Source of the DNA: Pseudomonadota bacterium
GTDB lineage: Bacteria > Pseudomonadota > Gammaproteobacteria > UBA9214
Assembly: GCA_029287615.1 (NCBI GenBank)
Contig: JARFQV010000025.1
Coordinates: forward strand, 1 to 54,474
Reading direction: 5' to 3'
DNA length: 54,474 nt
In this document: in pieces, positions 9,110 through 21,316 of the stretch
Position numbering within the stretch: the stretch's first letter is position 1
Layout: the number at the start of each line of letters is the position of its first letter
Notes under the pieces: model-generated
Database searches by the model: none
What the model was told of the DNA's origin: nothing
The model's input: the letters and a program-made list of their open reading frames with translations, nothing else
Position numbers and translations under genes: made by a program

Positions 9110-9117
9110 GAGCGTCC

Positions 9118-12100
9118 ATGCGGTTGTCCAAGATCAAGCTAGCCGGCTTCAAGTCGTTCGTCGACCCAACGATCATCCCTATCCCCAGTAATCTTGTCGG
9201 TGTTATCGGCCCCAATGGCTGCGGAAAATCCAATGTGATCGATGCGGTGCGCTGGGTGATGGGCGAAAGTTCCGCCAAGCATTTGCGCGGAGATTCCATG
9301 GCCGATGTCATCTTCAATGGCTCATCGGCGCGCAAGCCGGTCGGACATGCCAGCATCGAGCTCTGTTTTGACAACCGGGACGGGGCGCTGGGCGGGCAGT
9401 ACGCCAGCTACAATGAAATTTCCATTCGACGCCAGGTATCCCGTGACGGTACCTCGGTGTACTTCCTGAACGGTACCCGATGCCGTCGCCGTGACATTAC
9501 CGACATCTTCCTGGGTACCGGCCTTGGTCCGCGCAGCTACGCGATCATCGAGCAGGGGACCATATCCAGGTTGATCGAGGCCAAACCGGAAGAGCTCCGG
9601 GTATTTCTGGAAGAGGCAGCCGGGATCTCCAAGTACAAGGAGCGCCGGCGTGAAACCGAGAACAGGATCAGGCATACCCGGGACAACCTGAGCCGCCTGG
9701 ATGACCTGCTGGAAGAGATCGAGAAGCAGATCGACAAGCTCAGAAGGCAAGCCAGGACCGCTGAGCGTTTCAAGGAACTCAAGCAGGATGAACGCAGGAT
9801 CAGGGCCGAGCTGCTCGCGCTTCGCTACCAGAGCCAGTCCGGGGAAAGCGAGAGCAGACAGCGAGCGATCCAGGAGCAGGAGACCAGCCTGGAGGCAGTG
9901 GTTGCCGAACAGCGCGCCCTGGAAGCCGGTCTCGAGAAACAACGCGAGTTGCTGGTAGAGGCCAACGATGCCTTCAATCAGGTGCAGGGCCGGTACTACG
10001 AACAGGGCGCGGCCGTTGCGCGTATTGAACAGGGTATCCAGCATGGCAAGGAAACCCGCCAGCGCCAGCGACAGGAACTGGGCAGAACCGAGCAGTCCTG
10101 GAACGAACTGCAGTCTCATATCGAACAGGACAAGGCTCGTCTGCAGGAACTGACCGAAGAGCTGGCTCACAATCAACCCGCCGTGGGCCGGGCGCGTGAA
10201 CTGGCCGAGGCCTCCGGAAAGGCGTTGCAGGAAGCCGAGCAGGCAATGCAGGACTGGCAGCAGGACTGGGATGAATTCAACCGCCGCGCCGCAGAGCCGG
10301 CACAGACCGCGCAGGTCGAACGCACCCGCATCGATCATCTGGAACGCCAGCTGGAAGAGCTCACGCAGCGCCTGGTCAGAAACCGCGAGGAGCAGAATAA
10401 TCTCAGCAGCGGGGACCTGGAACAGCAGCACAGCACACTTTCCGTAGAAGAGCGGAAGGCAGAAGAGTCCATTGGCACAGCACAGGCACAGCTCGATGAG
10501 ATCACAACCAGCATCTCCGGCTCGCGTGAGTCCATGCAGCGATTCGACAGTGAGCTGGTAGAAGCACGCGGACGCCAGCAAAATCTGCAAGGACGTCTGG
10601 CCTCGCTCGAGGCATTGCAGCAGGCCGCACTGGGACAGCAGTCCGGAGTGGTTACGGGATGGCTCGAATCACGCGGCCTTGCGGATGCGCCGCGACTGGC
10701 CCAGCAGATAGACGTGGATGCCGGGTGGGAGCGAGCCGTAGAGACCGTACTGGGCTTCTACCTGGAGGCCGTTTGCGTGGAGGGTCTCGATGACGTTGCC
10801 AGCGCGATCGATGGTCTCGAACATGGCGCCGTTGCGCTTTTCGATACCAGCGGGATCACCACAGAAGGCGCTCCAACCAGCCAGCTACAGGCCTTGAGTT
10901 CCAGGGTGCGGGCACCATGGCCGTTGAACGACATCATCGGCGGTGTATTCACCGCTGACAGTCTCGAAGAGGCACTGGCCCTGCGTTCACGCCTCGGTGA
11001 AACGGAGTCCGTGATTACACCGGAAGGGGTGTGGCTCGGCAGCCGCTGGCTGAGAGTAGCGCGAGACGCGGATGAAAGGGCGGGTGTGCTGGAGAGAGAA
11101 CGGGAGATCCAGGGTATTCGCAAGCAGCTTGACGATTATGACAGCCGGATCGGTGAAGTAAGCGGGTTGCTGGAGCAGGCTCGTATCGACCTGGAGGGTG
11201 CGGAGTCCCGGCGCGGTGACCAGCAGATGGAAGTCAATCAGGCGCACCGCTCGCGCAGCGAGCTGCGTGCGCAATTGAGCGCCGTTCAGGCCCGTCTGGA
11301 GCAGGTCCGCAGCCGAACAGAGACGGTTAACCGCGAGGCTGGCGAACTTCGTACGCAGGAGGCCCGTGACCGCGAAGAGCTTTCGAGGGCACGTGAGCGG
11401 CTCAATACCTCCCTGTCAGAGATGGAAACACTGGCAGACGAGCGCGAGGAGAGAATCGGCAGACAGGGTATTATCCAGGACGCCCTGCAGGAGTCGCGGA
11501 GCAAGGCCCAGACTGATCGCGAATCAGCCCACGAGCTTGCCATCAAGACAGAGGCGATGCGTACCGCTCATGCGACAACCGAGCAGGGTCTGGATCGCAT
11601 GCGAAACCAGCGTGATCAGCTGCAGAAACGCCGCGAGGAATTGCAGGAACTACTGGACAAGGGGGATGCACCCCTCGCCCGGATGGAAGAGGAACTGGAG
11701 CAGGTGCTGAAGTCCCGCCTGAAGGTGGAACAGGAACTGTCCGGGGCACGCAACAAGGTCGAGGAGATCGAGCACGGGATTCGCGAACATGAGCAGTCCA
11801 GGGCTGGCAAGGAACAGCAGGTACTTGATATCCGCGGGCGGCTGGAGCAGCAGCGCATCGACTGGCAGGAGATCAAGGTGCGTTGCGCAACGCTGCTGGA
11901 GCAGATCAATGAAACCGGCTGTGAGCTGCAAAACCTGTTGCAGGAAATGCCTGAGGAGGCCAATGTCAACGACTGGTCGGAGCAGGCGGAGAAGCTGGAA
12001 AAACGGATCAGCCGTCTGGGACCGATCAACCTGGCGGCAATCGAGGAATACGAGGAACAGTCAGAGCGCAAGCAGTACCTGGATGCCCAGCACAGCGACC

Positions 12101-12630
12101 TGAGCGAGGCCCTGGCAACCCTGGAAAGTGCGATCAGCAAGATCGACAGGGAAACCCGGCAGCGCTTCAGGGAGACCTTCGACAAGGTAAACGAGGGTTT
12201 CAAATCGGGATTTCCCCGGCTATTCGGCGGTGGGCAGGCCTACCTGGAACTTACGGGCGATGATCTGCTGGATACGGGTGTGACTGTAATGGCACGTCCG
12301 CCAGGTAAGCGCAACAGTACGATTCACCTGCTATCGGGCGGAGAGAAGGCACTGACGGCAGTGGCGCTGGTATTCTCGATCTTCGAGCTCAACCCGGCAC
12401 CCTTCTGTATGCTTGACGAGGTCGATGCACCTCTGGATGATGCCAATGTGGGACGTTTTTGTGACATGGTCCGTGAAATGTCCGAGCGTGTGCAGTTCGT
12501 ATTCATCACCCACAACAAGATTACCATGGAGATGGCGCATCAATTGACCGGCGTCACCATGAATGAGCCCGGCGTCTCCCGCCTGGTTGCCGTTGATGTC
12601 GATGAAGCCGTGCAAATGGCCGCGATGTAG
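9118..12630 (+). CDS. smc: Chromosome segregation protein SMC
   Basis: GPNGCGKSN Walker A, long coiled coils and hinge, LSGGEK signature, LDEVDAPLD Walker B/D-loop. Confidence 0.98.
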   Translation: MRLSKIKLAGFKSFVDPTIIPIPSNLVGVIGPNGCGKSNVIDAVRWVMGESSAKHLRGDSMADVIFNGSSARKPVGHASIELCFDNRDGALGGQYASYNEISIRRQVSRDGTSVYFLNGTRCRRRDITDIFLGTGLGPRSYAIIEQGTISRLIEAKPEELRVFLEEAAGISKYKERRRETENRIRHTRDNLSRLDDLLEEIEKQIDKLRRQARTAERFKELKQDERRIRAELLALRYQSQSGESESRQRAIQEQETSLEAVVAEQRALEAGLEKQRELLVEANDAFNQVQGRYYEQGAAVARIEQGIQHGKETRQRQRQELGRTEQSWNELQSHIEQDKARLQELTEELAHNQPAVGRARELAEASGKALQEAEQAMQDWQQDWDEFNRRAAEPAQTAQVERTRIDHLERQLEELTQRLVRNREEQNNLSSGDLEQQHSTLSVEERKAEESIGTAQAQLDEITTSISGSRESMQRFDSELVEARGRQQNLQGRLASLEALQQAALGQQSGVVTGWLESRGLADAPRLAQQIDVDAGWERAVETVLGFYLEAVCVEGLDDVASAIDGLEHGAVALFDTSGITTEGAPTSQLQALSSRVRAPWPLNDIIGGVFTADSLEEALALRSRLGETESVITPEGVWLGSRWLRVARDADERAGVLEREREIQGIRKQLDDYDSRIGEVSGLLEQARIDLEGAESRRGDQQMEVNQAHRSRSELRAQLSAVQARLEQVRSRTETVNREAGELRTQEARDREELSRARERLNTSLSEMETLADEREERIGRQGIIQDALQESRSKAQTDRESAHELAIKTEAMRTAHATTEQGLDRMRNQRDQLQKRREELQELLDKGDAPLARMEEELEQVLKSRLKVEQELSGARNKVEEIEHGIREHEQSRAGKEQQVLDIRGRLEQQRIDWQEIKVRCATLLEQINETGCELQNLLQEMPEEANVNDWSEQAEKLEKRISRLGPINLAAIEEYEEQSERKQYLDAQHSDLSEALATLESAISKIDRETRQRFRETFDKVNEGFKSGFPRLFGGGQAYLELTGDDLLDTGVTVMARPPGKRNSTIHLLSGGEKALTAVALVFSIFELNPAPFCMLDEVDAPLDDANVGRFCDMVREMSERVQFVFITHNKITMEMAHQLTGVTMNEPGVSRLVAVDVDEAVQMAAM

Positions 12631-12695
12631 TGCCGGCACCGGCCGGTGTTTGCATTGGCGGCATCTGAATTACCGCAGTTCTACCTGAATACGAT

Positions 12696-13424
12696 ATGGA
12701 CAGCTTGCGAATTATTCTCCTGCTTGCCGGTGTTGTGCTGATTGCCGGGATCTATCTCTGGGGACGACGGCAGAACGTGCAACGGATGAAGCAGATGCGT
12801 ATTGAGGCAAGGGCCGGTGATCCCCTCATGGATGTTCCCGATATGGCCGAAGGCGTGCGGGTCGTTCCCGGGCGGGAGGCCGTTGAGGAAGAACTGGCCC
12901 GGCTTGATGAATTGATTACAGAAGGTGCCGAAGCTGCTCCCGAGAAGGAGACGCTTGCCCCAGCCGCAAGCCGCCAGAAACCGGCAGAAATGAACAAGCT
13001 GGTCGTCCTCTATGTGCTGGCGCCCGGCGGAGTACCGTTTCGGGGTGACAGTCTCATCAAGGCGCTGGAGTCGAGCGGGCTTCGATATGGCGACATGAAG
13101 ATATTTCACCGAATGGTCCCGGTCGGTCCGCGCGAGGAATCTGTTTATTCCGTGGTAAATATGGTGGAGCCGGGTACCCTGAATCCTGCCGAAGTTTCGG
13201 GGTTGAACACGCCGGGTATTGCATTTTTCCTGCAACTCTCCGGTCACGTCGATGGCGTCAAGGCCTATGATGATATGGTGGAGACCGCCAAGGCCGTGGC
13301 CGCCGTACTGGATGGTGAAATCTGTGATGAGACCCGCAGTGTGCTGAGTCGCCAGAGCATCGGTCACCAGCGTGAGAAGATCATTGAATACCAACTGCGG
13401 CGACGGGTTGCGCAGAACCAGTAA
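12696..13424 (+). CDS. zipA: Cell division protein ZipA
   Basis: N-terminal TM helix; C-terminal ZipA domain (YGDMKIFHR, NMVEPG, PGIAFFL); smc-zipA-ligA synteny. Confidence 0.92.
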   Translation: MDSLRIILLLAGVVLIAGIYLWGRRQNVQRMKQMRIEARAGDPLMDVPDMAEGVRVVPGREAVEEELARLDELITEGAEAAPEKETLAPAASRQKPAEMNKLVVLYVLAPGGVPFRGDSLIKALESSGLRYGDMKIFHRMVPVGPREESVYSVVNMVEPGTLNPAEVSGLNTPGIAFFLQLSGHVDGVKAYDDMVETAKAVAAVLDGEICDETRSVLSRQSIGHQREKIIEYQLRRRVAQNQ

Positions 13425-15452
<2,028 letters not shown>

Positions 15453-15852
15453 TTATGCGGACTGCTGTTTCCCGCCATAACGCATTGAAGTGTTCCCCGG
15501 CAGTTATTCAGGTCCATCAGCGGGAACCGCTCCGGTCATGTGCGTGGCTGATGCCGCTCATGCGGGTTAACCGAACTTTTATGGTACTCTTCCATAATCA
15601 GGGATGACCATAGAATATCTGCCCAACACATTGATATTCTTCGTAAAGGTTGATAATTGATGTATGCGGAACTGGCAGTCTTCCCCTAATGGACTGAAAT
15701 ATATTGAATAATTCACGTATCTCTCTTATGTCACTTTCTGCTATTACTTGTGGCAGCTCCTTACTCCTTCGTGTGGCTGTTGGATAACCGGTAATGAGCT
15801 TGTGTAGTATGATTTCCCATCCTGCGGTTAGCTCGATAAGGATCGTGGCCGG

Positions 15853-18180
15853 ATGAAGAAATTCAGCATGAATCTGCAGGCACGCCTGGTCCTTGCCATC
15901 GTATTGCTGGGCATCATCGGGGCGGCCACGACCTTTATCTCGACCCGTGTCTACCGCGAACTCACGTTTGACTATCAGCGGCAATATCTTACCCAGCTGA
16001 TTGAACTGAAAGTCGCTGATACCCTGACGGGTCTGGAGGCCCAGTCCACGCAACTTGGTCTGCATATCCAGGGAAGGGAGGGTTTTCCTGAGGCATTCGA
16101 CTCGCAGGATTTCGATTTGTTGTCCCGCGAACTCTGGCAGCAATTCAACCAGGGACTGGTGACAGCCAATGTGGTCAATGCGGTCAAGCTCTATGCCTTC
16201 GATATAAACTTCGCCCTGCTTGGATCGGCCACCCGCCTGATGGTGGAAATGGAACCGCATACCATCGTCTGTTCCGGTCTGCTGGATCGCGCCCGTAACC
16301 GAACCGGGGCGGATAGGCTGCAATCCATAACCGAACTCTGCCTGTTCGAGGACAAGCCCTATTTTGCCGTTATGGTGCCTCTCGGCGGTCTGCGTCCCTA
16401 CGGTTATCTGCAGGTGGTATCCGATCCCGTACCAGGGCTCTCCAGGATCAGTGAATCACTCGATATACCGATCCAGATATCATTGATGAATGATGCCGCT
16501 GTTTACCAGACTCCTGACTGGGCAACGGACAGTCAGTCGAAATCGATTCTTTCCGAATACATACTCAAGACCAGTCTCGGGATGCCGGCGTTGCGGATAG
16601 CTGTTGCGCGTAATGCGAATGCCCTCTTGAAGCACCTGGATCAGACGGACATGCGCCTGCTCTTGCTGGTGATCAGCCTGATCGTACTCACCGTAATTGC
16701 CGCACTGGCCCTGATCAAGTATTCCGTACTGGACCCCCTGAAGAATCTCAGCAACCAGCTACGGGCAAGATCGTTGACCGGCCCACCGCTGGTTCCCCCC
16801 GCCGGTACTGCCGGTCCGGATGAAACGCCAAGCTTCCATGCTCTCAGTGAGTTGTATGAAACCCTCCATGACATGGCGATACGGGATCCTTTAACCGGAT
16901 TGTATAACCGGGCGCTGTTTGAAGATCGACTGAAGCAGTTGATTGCAGAGAGCCGCAGGATCGATCACAAGGCAGCCATCCTGATGCTGGACATGGTCCG
17001 TTTCAAGTATGTCAATGATGTGCTGGGCCATCACGCGGGTGACATGTTGTTAAAGGAGGTGGTTAGCCGACTGCAGGGCGTGCTGCGTGAGTCAGATACT
17101 TTGGCGCGTCTGGGGGGTGATGAATTCACCATTATTCTGCCGGATGCAGACGGTGATCAGGCTATCCTGGTTGCACAGAAGATCCTGCAGGTTCTGGAAC
17201 CCGAGTTTGAAATTGGAGGACATACCCTGACTGCGTCCATGTCTATTGGTATCTCCCTGTATCCGGATCATGGAGAGAATGCGGAGACAATACTGCGCCA
17301 TGCCGATTTTGCCATGTATACAGCGAAGAAAAACGCGCCCGGCTATGCGCTTTACAATCCCCAGGCGACGGACCGGATGCGTGCGGCGGAATTGACCATG
17401 AGTGGAGCCATCCGGCGGGCCATTGTCGGCAGCGAACTCTTTATGGCTTACCAACCGGTCTTCAGTATCCAGGACAATCAGGTAGCCTACCTCGAGGCGC
17501 TCGTCAGATGGCGACAACCCGACGGGACAGTCTGGACACCGGAGTCCTTTATCCGGGTTGCCGAACAGAGTGGTTTGATCAAGCAACTCGCGGAGTGGGT
17601 CATTGATGCCGTATGCCGTGAGTTGTCAGGCTGGTTGTCCTGCCAACCCGACCTTCGTATCGGTATCAACCTGTCCATGCACAACCTGCATGACAATGCG
17701 CTGCCTGATTATATCGATTCGGTGTTACATCGTTACCAGCTGAATTCATCGTCAATACTGATCGAAATTACCGAGACCGGCGTCATGCTCGATCCGGATC
17801 AGGTACTGGAAACACTGGATCGACTGGCGGACATGGGTCTGAAGTTGTCTATCGATGACTTCGGGACCGGTCAGTCCTCACTGGTTTATCTCAAGCGTCT
17901 GCCGGTTGATGCCCTGAAGGTGGACAAGTCATTTATACAGGAGATGATCAGTGACGAGGACGATGCTGCCATCGTGCATGCCACCATCGATCTCGCACAC
18001 AGCCTGGGTCTGCGGGTAACCGCCGAGGGTGTGGAGACAAAACAGGTTTATGAACGTTTGAAGACTATGGGCTGCGACGAATACCAGGGAAATTATGCCA
18101 GTAAGCCGCTCGCGGCGGACGAGTTGTTCGAATGGATGAAGGGTGATATCCAGGTGCGGGCCTTGTCCACAGGACAGTGA
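15853..18180 (+). CDS. Membrane-bound diguanylate cyclase/phosphodiesterase (periplasmic sensor + GGDEF + EAL)
   Basis: Two TM helices around a periplasmic region; DPLTGLYNR, RESD I-site, RLGGDEF; EAL, EITE, DDFGTG, KVDKSF and AEGVE. Confidence 0.93.
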   Translation: MKKFSMNLQARLVLAIVLLGIIGAATTFISTRVYRELTFDYQRQYLTQLIELKVADTLTGLEAQSTQLGLHIQGREGFPEAFDSQDFDLLSRELWQQFNQGLVTANVVNAVKLYAFDINFALLGSATRLMVEMEPHTIVCSGLLDRARNRTGADRLQSITELCLFEDKPYFAVMVPLGGLRPYGYLQVVSDPVPGLSRISESLDIPIQISLMNDAAVYQTPDWATDSQSKSILSEYILKTSLGMPALRIAVARNANALLKHLDQTDMRLLLLVISLIVLTVIAALALIKYSVLDPLKNLSNQLRARSLTGPPLVPPAGTAGPDETPSFHALSELYETLHDMAIRDPLTGLYNRALFEDRLKQLIAESRRIDHKAAILMLDMVRFKYVNDVLGHHAGDMLLKEVVSRLQGVLRESDTLARLGGDEFTIILPDADGDQAILVAQKILQVLEPEFEIGGHTLTASMSIGISLYPDHGENAETILRHADFAMYTAKKNAPGYALYNPQATDRMRAAELTMSGAIRRAIVGSELFMAYQPVFSIQDNQVAYLEALVRWRQPDGTVWTPESFIRVAEQSGLIKQLAEWVIDAVCRELSGWLSCQPDLRIGINLSMHNLHDNALPDYIDSVLHRYQLNSSSILIEITETGVMLDPDQVLETLDRLADMGLKLSIDDFGTGQSSLVYLKRLPVDALKVDKSFIQEMISDEDDAAIVHATIDLAHSLGLRVTAEGVETKQVYERLKTMGCDEYQGNYASKPLAADELFEWMKGDIQVRALSTGQ

Positions 18181-18355
18181 GCACAGGTGTAAAAATACAT
18201 CACTGCCGCTCACGAAACGCGGTGTGTCGTTGAAAATACCTGTGAGTTGACTTGAACCGGGTTGTTTGCGGTGCCAGGGATGCACGGGTGACTTGATCCC
18301 GGTCACGTTCTCTTTGCGGATACCCGCAGAATACTGATGAAAAAAGGAACTCGGA

Positions 18356-18559
18356 ATGAGAATCTTGCATACATTGTTGCCATTAGTGGTATTCACCTTT
18401 TTTGCGGCCTGTTCGCCCGAACGGGAAGAGGCGTCCTTGCCAAAGGACCGGATCTTCAACACACAGACTGCTCCCCTGGACAAGGCCGGCGAGGTGGAAG
18501 GCATGGTTCTGGATGCCGCTCGTACGCGAGGAGCGGAGATCGATGCTGGGGCGCGCTAG
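18356..18559 (+). CDS. Small putative lipoprotein
   Basis: Signal peptide with lipobox-like FAAC; AAGGA RBS; 67 aa. Confidence 0.6.
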   Translation: MRILHTLLPLVVFTFFAACSPEREEASLPKDRIFNTQTAPLDKAGEVEGMVLDAARTRGAEIDAGAR

Positions 18560-18604
18560 CATGATACCCGGATTCGGGAACCGAAGAGGGCGAAAGACAA
18601 GACC

Positions 18605-19657
18605 ATGACCCGGATCATTAGTGTGACAAGCGGTACCGGGGGCGCTGGGAAAACCTTCTTGTGTATCGACCTGGCGCTTGCACTGGCGGGTCTGGGCAGG
18701 CGTGTAGTTATTCTGGACTGTGCGAGCGACACCGATAATGTCCATGCAAGACTGAATATCCCGCGCGATGCCTGTCTGGAGGATGTGCTGGATGGCAGGG
18801 CAGGTATCGCTGAATTGCCATCCCGGCATCCTTCCGGCGTGGAGATCATAGCGGCCCACCCGGGTGTCGAAAGGCTGGCCATGCCCGATGGCGGTCGCAG
18901 CGGGTCCGTTCTCAGTGACGAATCGGTGATGCATGGAGCCGAGAGTATTCTGATCGACAGCTCGAGCTGTAATCCGAGAGCGGTGGTTGCCTTCTGTCAG
19001 CTGTCAACGGAGGTCATTCTGCTGTTGCATCCCGATACCGGTGCACAGGCCGAGAATTACGCCTTGTTGAAAATTCTGTTGCTAAACGGTTTCGGGGGCA
19101 GGGTGTCCATTGTGGTCAACAAGGTCGATGACCTGGCCAGTGGCGAGCGGCTCTTCGAGGAATTCCGGAAAACCGTTCTGCACTATCTGGCCCTTGAGCT
19201 GTCGCTGATGGAAGTAATCATCAGCGATCCTTCCGTCCGCCTTGCAGCATCCAGCCAACAGTCGCCATTACAGGTCTTTCCTCACTCTGCAGCAGTCGCA
19301 AGTGTCCGTGCCATCGCCGGGCAGATCGGGCGTGATGAGCATGATCAAGGTGATGCACTGACAGTCGGGCAGTTCTGGGGTACCTATGCAAGACTGGTCC
19401 AGACCTCACTGATCGTTGCCGGCCAGTTGCCGATCCGGGATCAGGAGGACGGTGAAACCTCTGCCAGGTTATCCGAAACGGATTCGGGCAATGCGGATGA
19501 TCGGATTGATGCTGACAGAGGGCTCGCCGGTATCAGTGATATCCTGGCGGCATTCGATCATGAACGGATCCGGAACCCGGCAGGCGATGCGGAGGATGAA
19601 CTCTATGCGATACGCAGGGAGGATGGTAGCAGTTTGATCTGCGCATGGCATGAATGA
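18605..19657 (+). CDS. FlhG/FleN (MinD/ParA-family) ATPase-like protein, degenerate, with a C-terminal extension
   Basis: RIISVTSGTGGAGKT Walker A, GRRVVILD, ILIDS, YALLK, IVVNKV and D..VR.A...Q.P motifs. Confidence 0.75.
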   Translation: MTRIISVTSGTGGAGKTFLCIDLALALAGLGRRVVILDCASDTDNVHARLNIPRDACLEDVLDGRAGIAELPSRHPSGVEIIAAHPGVERLAMPDGGRSGSVLSDESVMHGAESILIDSSSCNPRAVVAFCQLSTEVILLLHPDTGAQAENYALLKILLLNGFGGRVSIVVNKVDDLASGERLFEEFRKTVLHYLALELSLMEVIISDPSVRLAASSQQSPLQVFPHSAAVASVRAIAGQIGRDEHDQGDALTVGQFWGTYARLVQTSLIVAGQLPIRDQEDGETSARLSETDSGNADDRIDADRGLAGISDILAAFDHERIRNPAGDAEDELYAIRREDGSSLICAWHE

Positions 19658-19692
19658 ATAAGGGGACAGACAAATAAATCTGTCCCCTTATT
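19657..19692. terminator. Perfect 14-bp hairpin between convergent genes (bidirectional terminator or REP-like palindrome)
   Basis: aataaggggacaga-caaataaa-tctgtccccttatt. Confidence 0.7.
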
Positions 19693-19699
19693 ACGACCG

Positions 19700-20551
19700 T
19701 TACTGCGAGCTTTCCGGCATGGTTACTTCTGCGCTGTCCCGAATCTCCTGCATGTGCTGCTTGAGGCGCTGGCTTGTGGCCGCGGTGCGCAGGCGGTCCT
19801 TTACATCCTCGAAGGCTGGCGGGGTGCTTTCCCTGGAGTCTTCCAGGAGTATGACGTGCCAGCCAAACTGGGTCTGGACGGGATCCTTTGTGTAGGTGCC
19901 CTTATCCAGGGCGGCGGTAGCTTCCGAGAATGGTTTCACCATCTGTCCGGATGCAAACCAGCCGAGGTCACCGCCATTCTTCCCGGTTGGTCCGGTTGAT
20001 AGTTCCTTGGCCATTTCTGCGAAATCACCACCTTCATCCAGACGGGTAATGGCGTTGCGCGCCTCTGCCTCGGTGGGTAAGAGAATATGCCTTGCCTTGT
20101 ATTCCATACCCGGCTGCGCTGCCTGCTGATCGTACATGAGCCTGAGATCTTCATCGCTGATCTGGTTGTTTTGCAGATAGTCCCGCAGCGCGGCACCGGC
20201 CAGGAGGGTCCTGCGCTGCTGGTCGATCTCGTTGACAATATCGGGCTTCTTGTCCAGTCCCTTGCGTACAGCTTCCTGCCTCATCAGCTCCAGACCGACC
20301 AGTTCATCCAGCACGACCTTCGGATCGCTTTCGGCACCGGTTTTCAATCGACTGTTACGCTGATTCGTGTACACAGCCAGATCATCCAGGGTGATCTGCA
20401 CGCCGTTTACCGTGGCAACTACCTCGCTGCTGGTGGCGGTGGTTGCTGGTGGTTCGGCGGCGCTCGCAGGCGTGTTTTCATTTCCGGAAGGATTGCACGC
20501 CGTCAGGACGATAGCGAGTGCGGGGATCAATACGATTTTCTGTTGCAACAT
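19700..20551 (-). CDS. Parvulin (PpiC-type) peptidyl-prolyl isomerase lipoprotein, PrsA-like
   Basis: Lipobox LTAC; KARHIL, GGDLGWF, MVKPF and TQFGWHVI motifs. Confidence 0.92.
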   Translation of the reverse strand: MLQQKIVLIPALAIVLTACNPSGNENTPASAAEPPATTATSSEVVATVNGVQITLDDLAVYTNQRNSRLKTGAESDPKVVLDELVGLELMRQEAVRKGLDKKPDIVNEIDQQRRTLLAGAALRDYLQNNQISDEDLRLMYDQQAAQPGMEYKARHILLPTEAEARNAITRLDEGGDFAEMAKELSTGPTGKNGGDLGWFASGQMVKPFSEATAALDKGTYTKDPVQTQFGWHVILLEDSRESTPPAFEDVKDRLRTAATSQRLKQHMQEIRDSAEVTMPESSQ

Positions 20552-20571
20552 GTGGTATTCCTTTGGGTTGT

Positions 20572-20859
20572 TTAACTTCCGTGGCCGGATACTTCTCCGG
20601 GTGTAAAGGCTTGTATGCTGAGGGCGTGAATCTCCCTCTGCATGGCATCGCCCATGGCTTCATAGACAAGACGGTGACGCTGTATCAGACTCAGATCCCT
20701 GAAGGAATCCGAGACGATCCGAACGATGTAATGGCCACCGCCACCTGCCGCACCGGCGTGGCCGGCATGCTTGGCACTTTCATCGACTATCTCCAGCTCC
20801 CTGGGCGTCAGGGCGGTGCTGATCCGCTCCCGGATCATCTCTACTCTTACATCACTCAT
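20572..20859 (-). CDS. bolA: BolA family protein
   Basis: DESAKHAGH, RHRLVY and IHALSI motifs. Confidence 0.92.
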   Translation of the reverse strand: MSDVRVEMIRERISTALTPRELEIVDESAKHAGHAGAAGGGGHYIVRIVSDSFRDLSLIQRHRLVYEAMGDAMQREIHALSIQAFTPGEVSGHGS

Positions 20860-21158
20860 CAGGGGAGGACCTTTTTAAACGGTTTGACGATAACACTCGA
20901 GTACACGCCTGCTGCCATATAGGGATCGGCATCTGCCCAGGCCTCCGCCTCTCCGAGTGAGGCGAATTCAGCCACTACCAGGCTACCGGAAAAACCGGCC
21001 GGACCCGGATCTTCGCTGTCAATGGCGGGATGCGGACCCGCCAGTACGAGGCGTCCTTCATCCCTGAGCGCCGACAGGCGTTCGAGGTGGGCAGGTCGTG
21101 TCTTCATCCGGGATTCGAGACTGTCCTCCCGATCCTGGCTGATTATGGCATATAACAT
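20859..21158 (-). CDS. yciI: YciI family protein
   Basis: [24 protein letters not shown] and WADADPY; AGAGG RBS before ATG 21158. Confidence 0.93.
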   Translation of the reverse strand: MLYAIISQDREDSLESRMKTRPAHLERLSALRDEGRLVLAGPHPAIDSEDPGPAGFSGSLVVAEFASLGEAEAWADADPYMAAGVYSSVIVKPFKKVLP

Positions 21159-21316
21159 CCAGTGCACCTCTTCACTTCTTTGATTACTTGCAACAGCAAG
21201 GTATGTTGGCAGATGGCCTTGTTCCCCGCCGCCAAAGTTCTGTCATGACCCCGCCCCACGCCTTGTCTGGCACAGTGATCCACCCGAAGCAATGTTACCC
21301 AATGCCTGGCTAGGCC

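Noticed and set aside
9322-10590. 422-aa antisense ORF within smc (similar: 12681..13679, 13695..14855, 41856..42974, 43665..44597, 49260..50252, 50788..51789)
   Set aside because: Shadow ORFs on the strand opposite well-conserved genes; expected from GC-rich codon bias, with no recognisable motifs.
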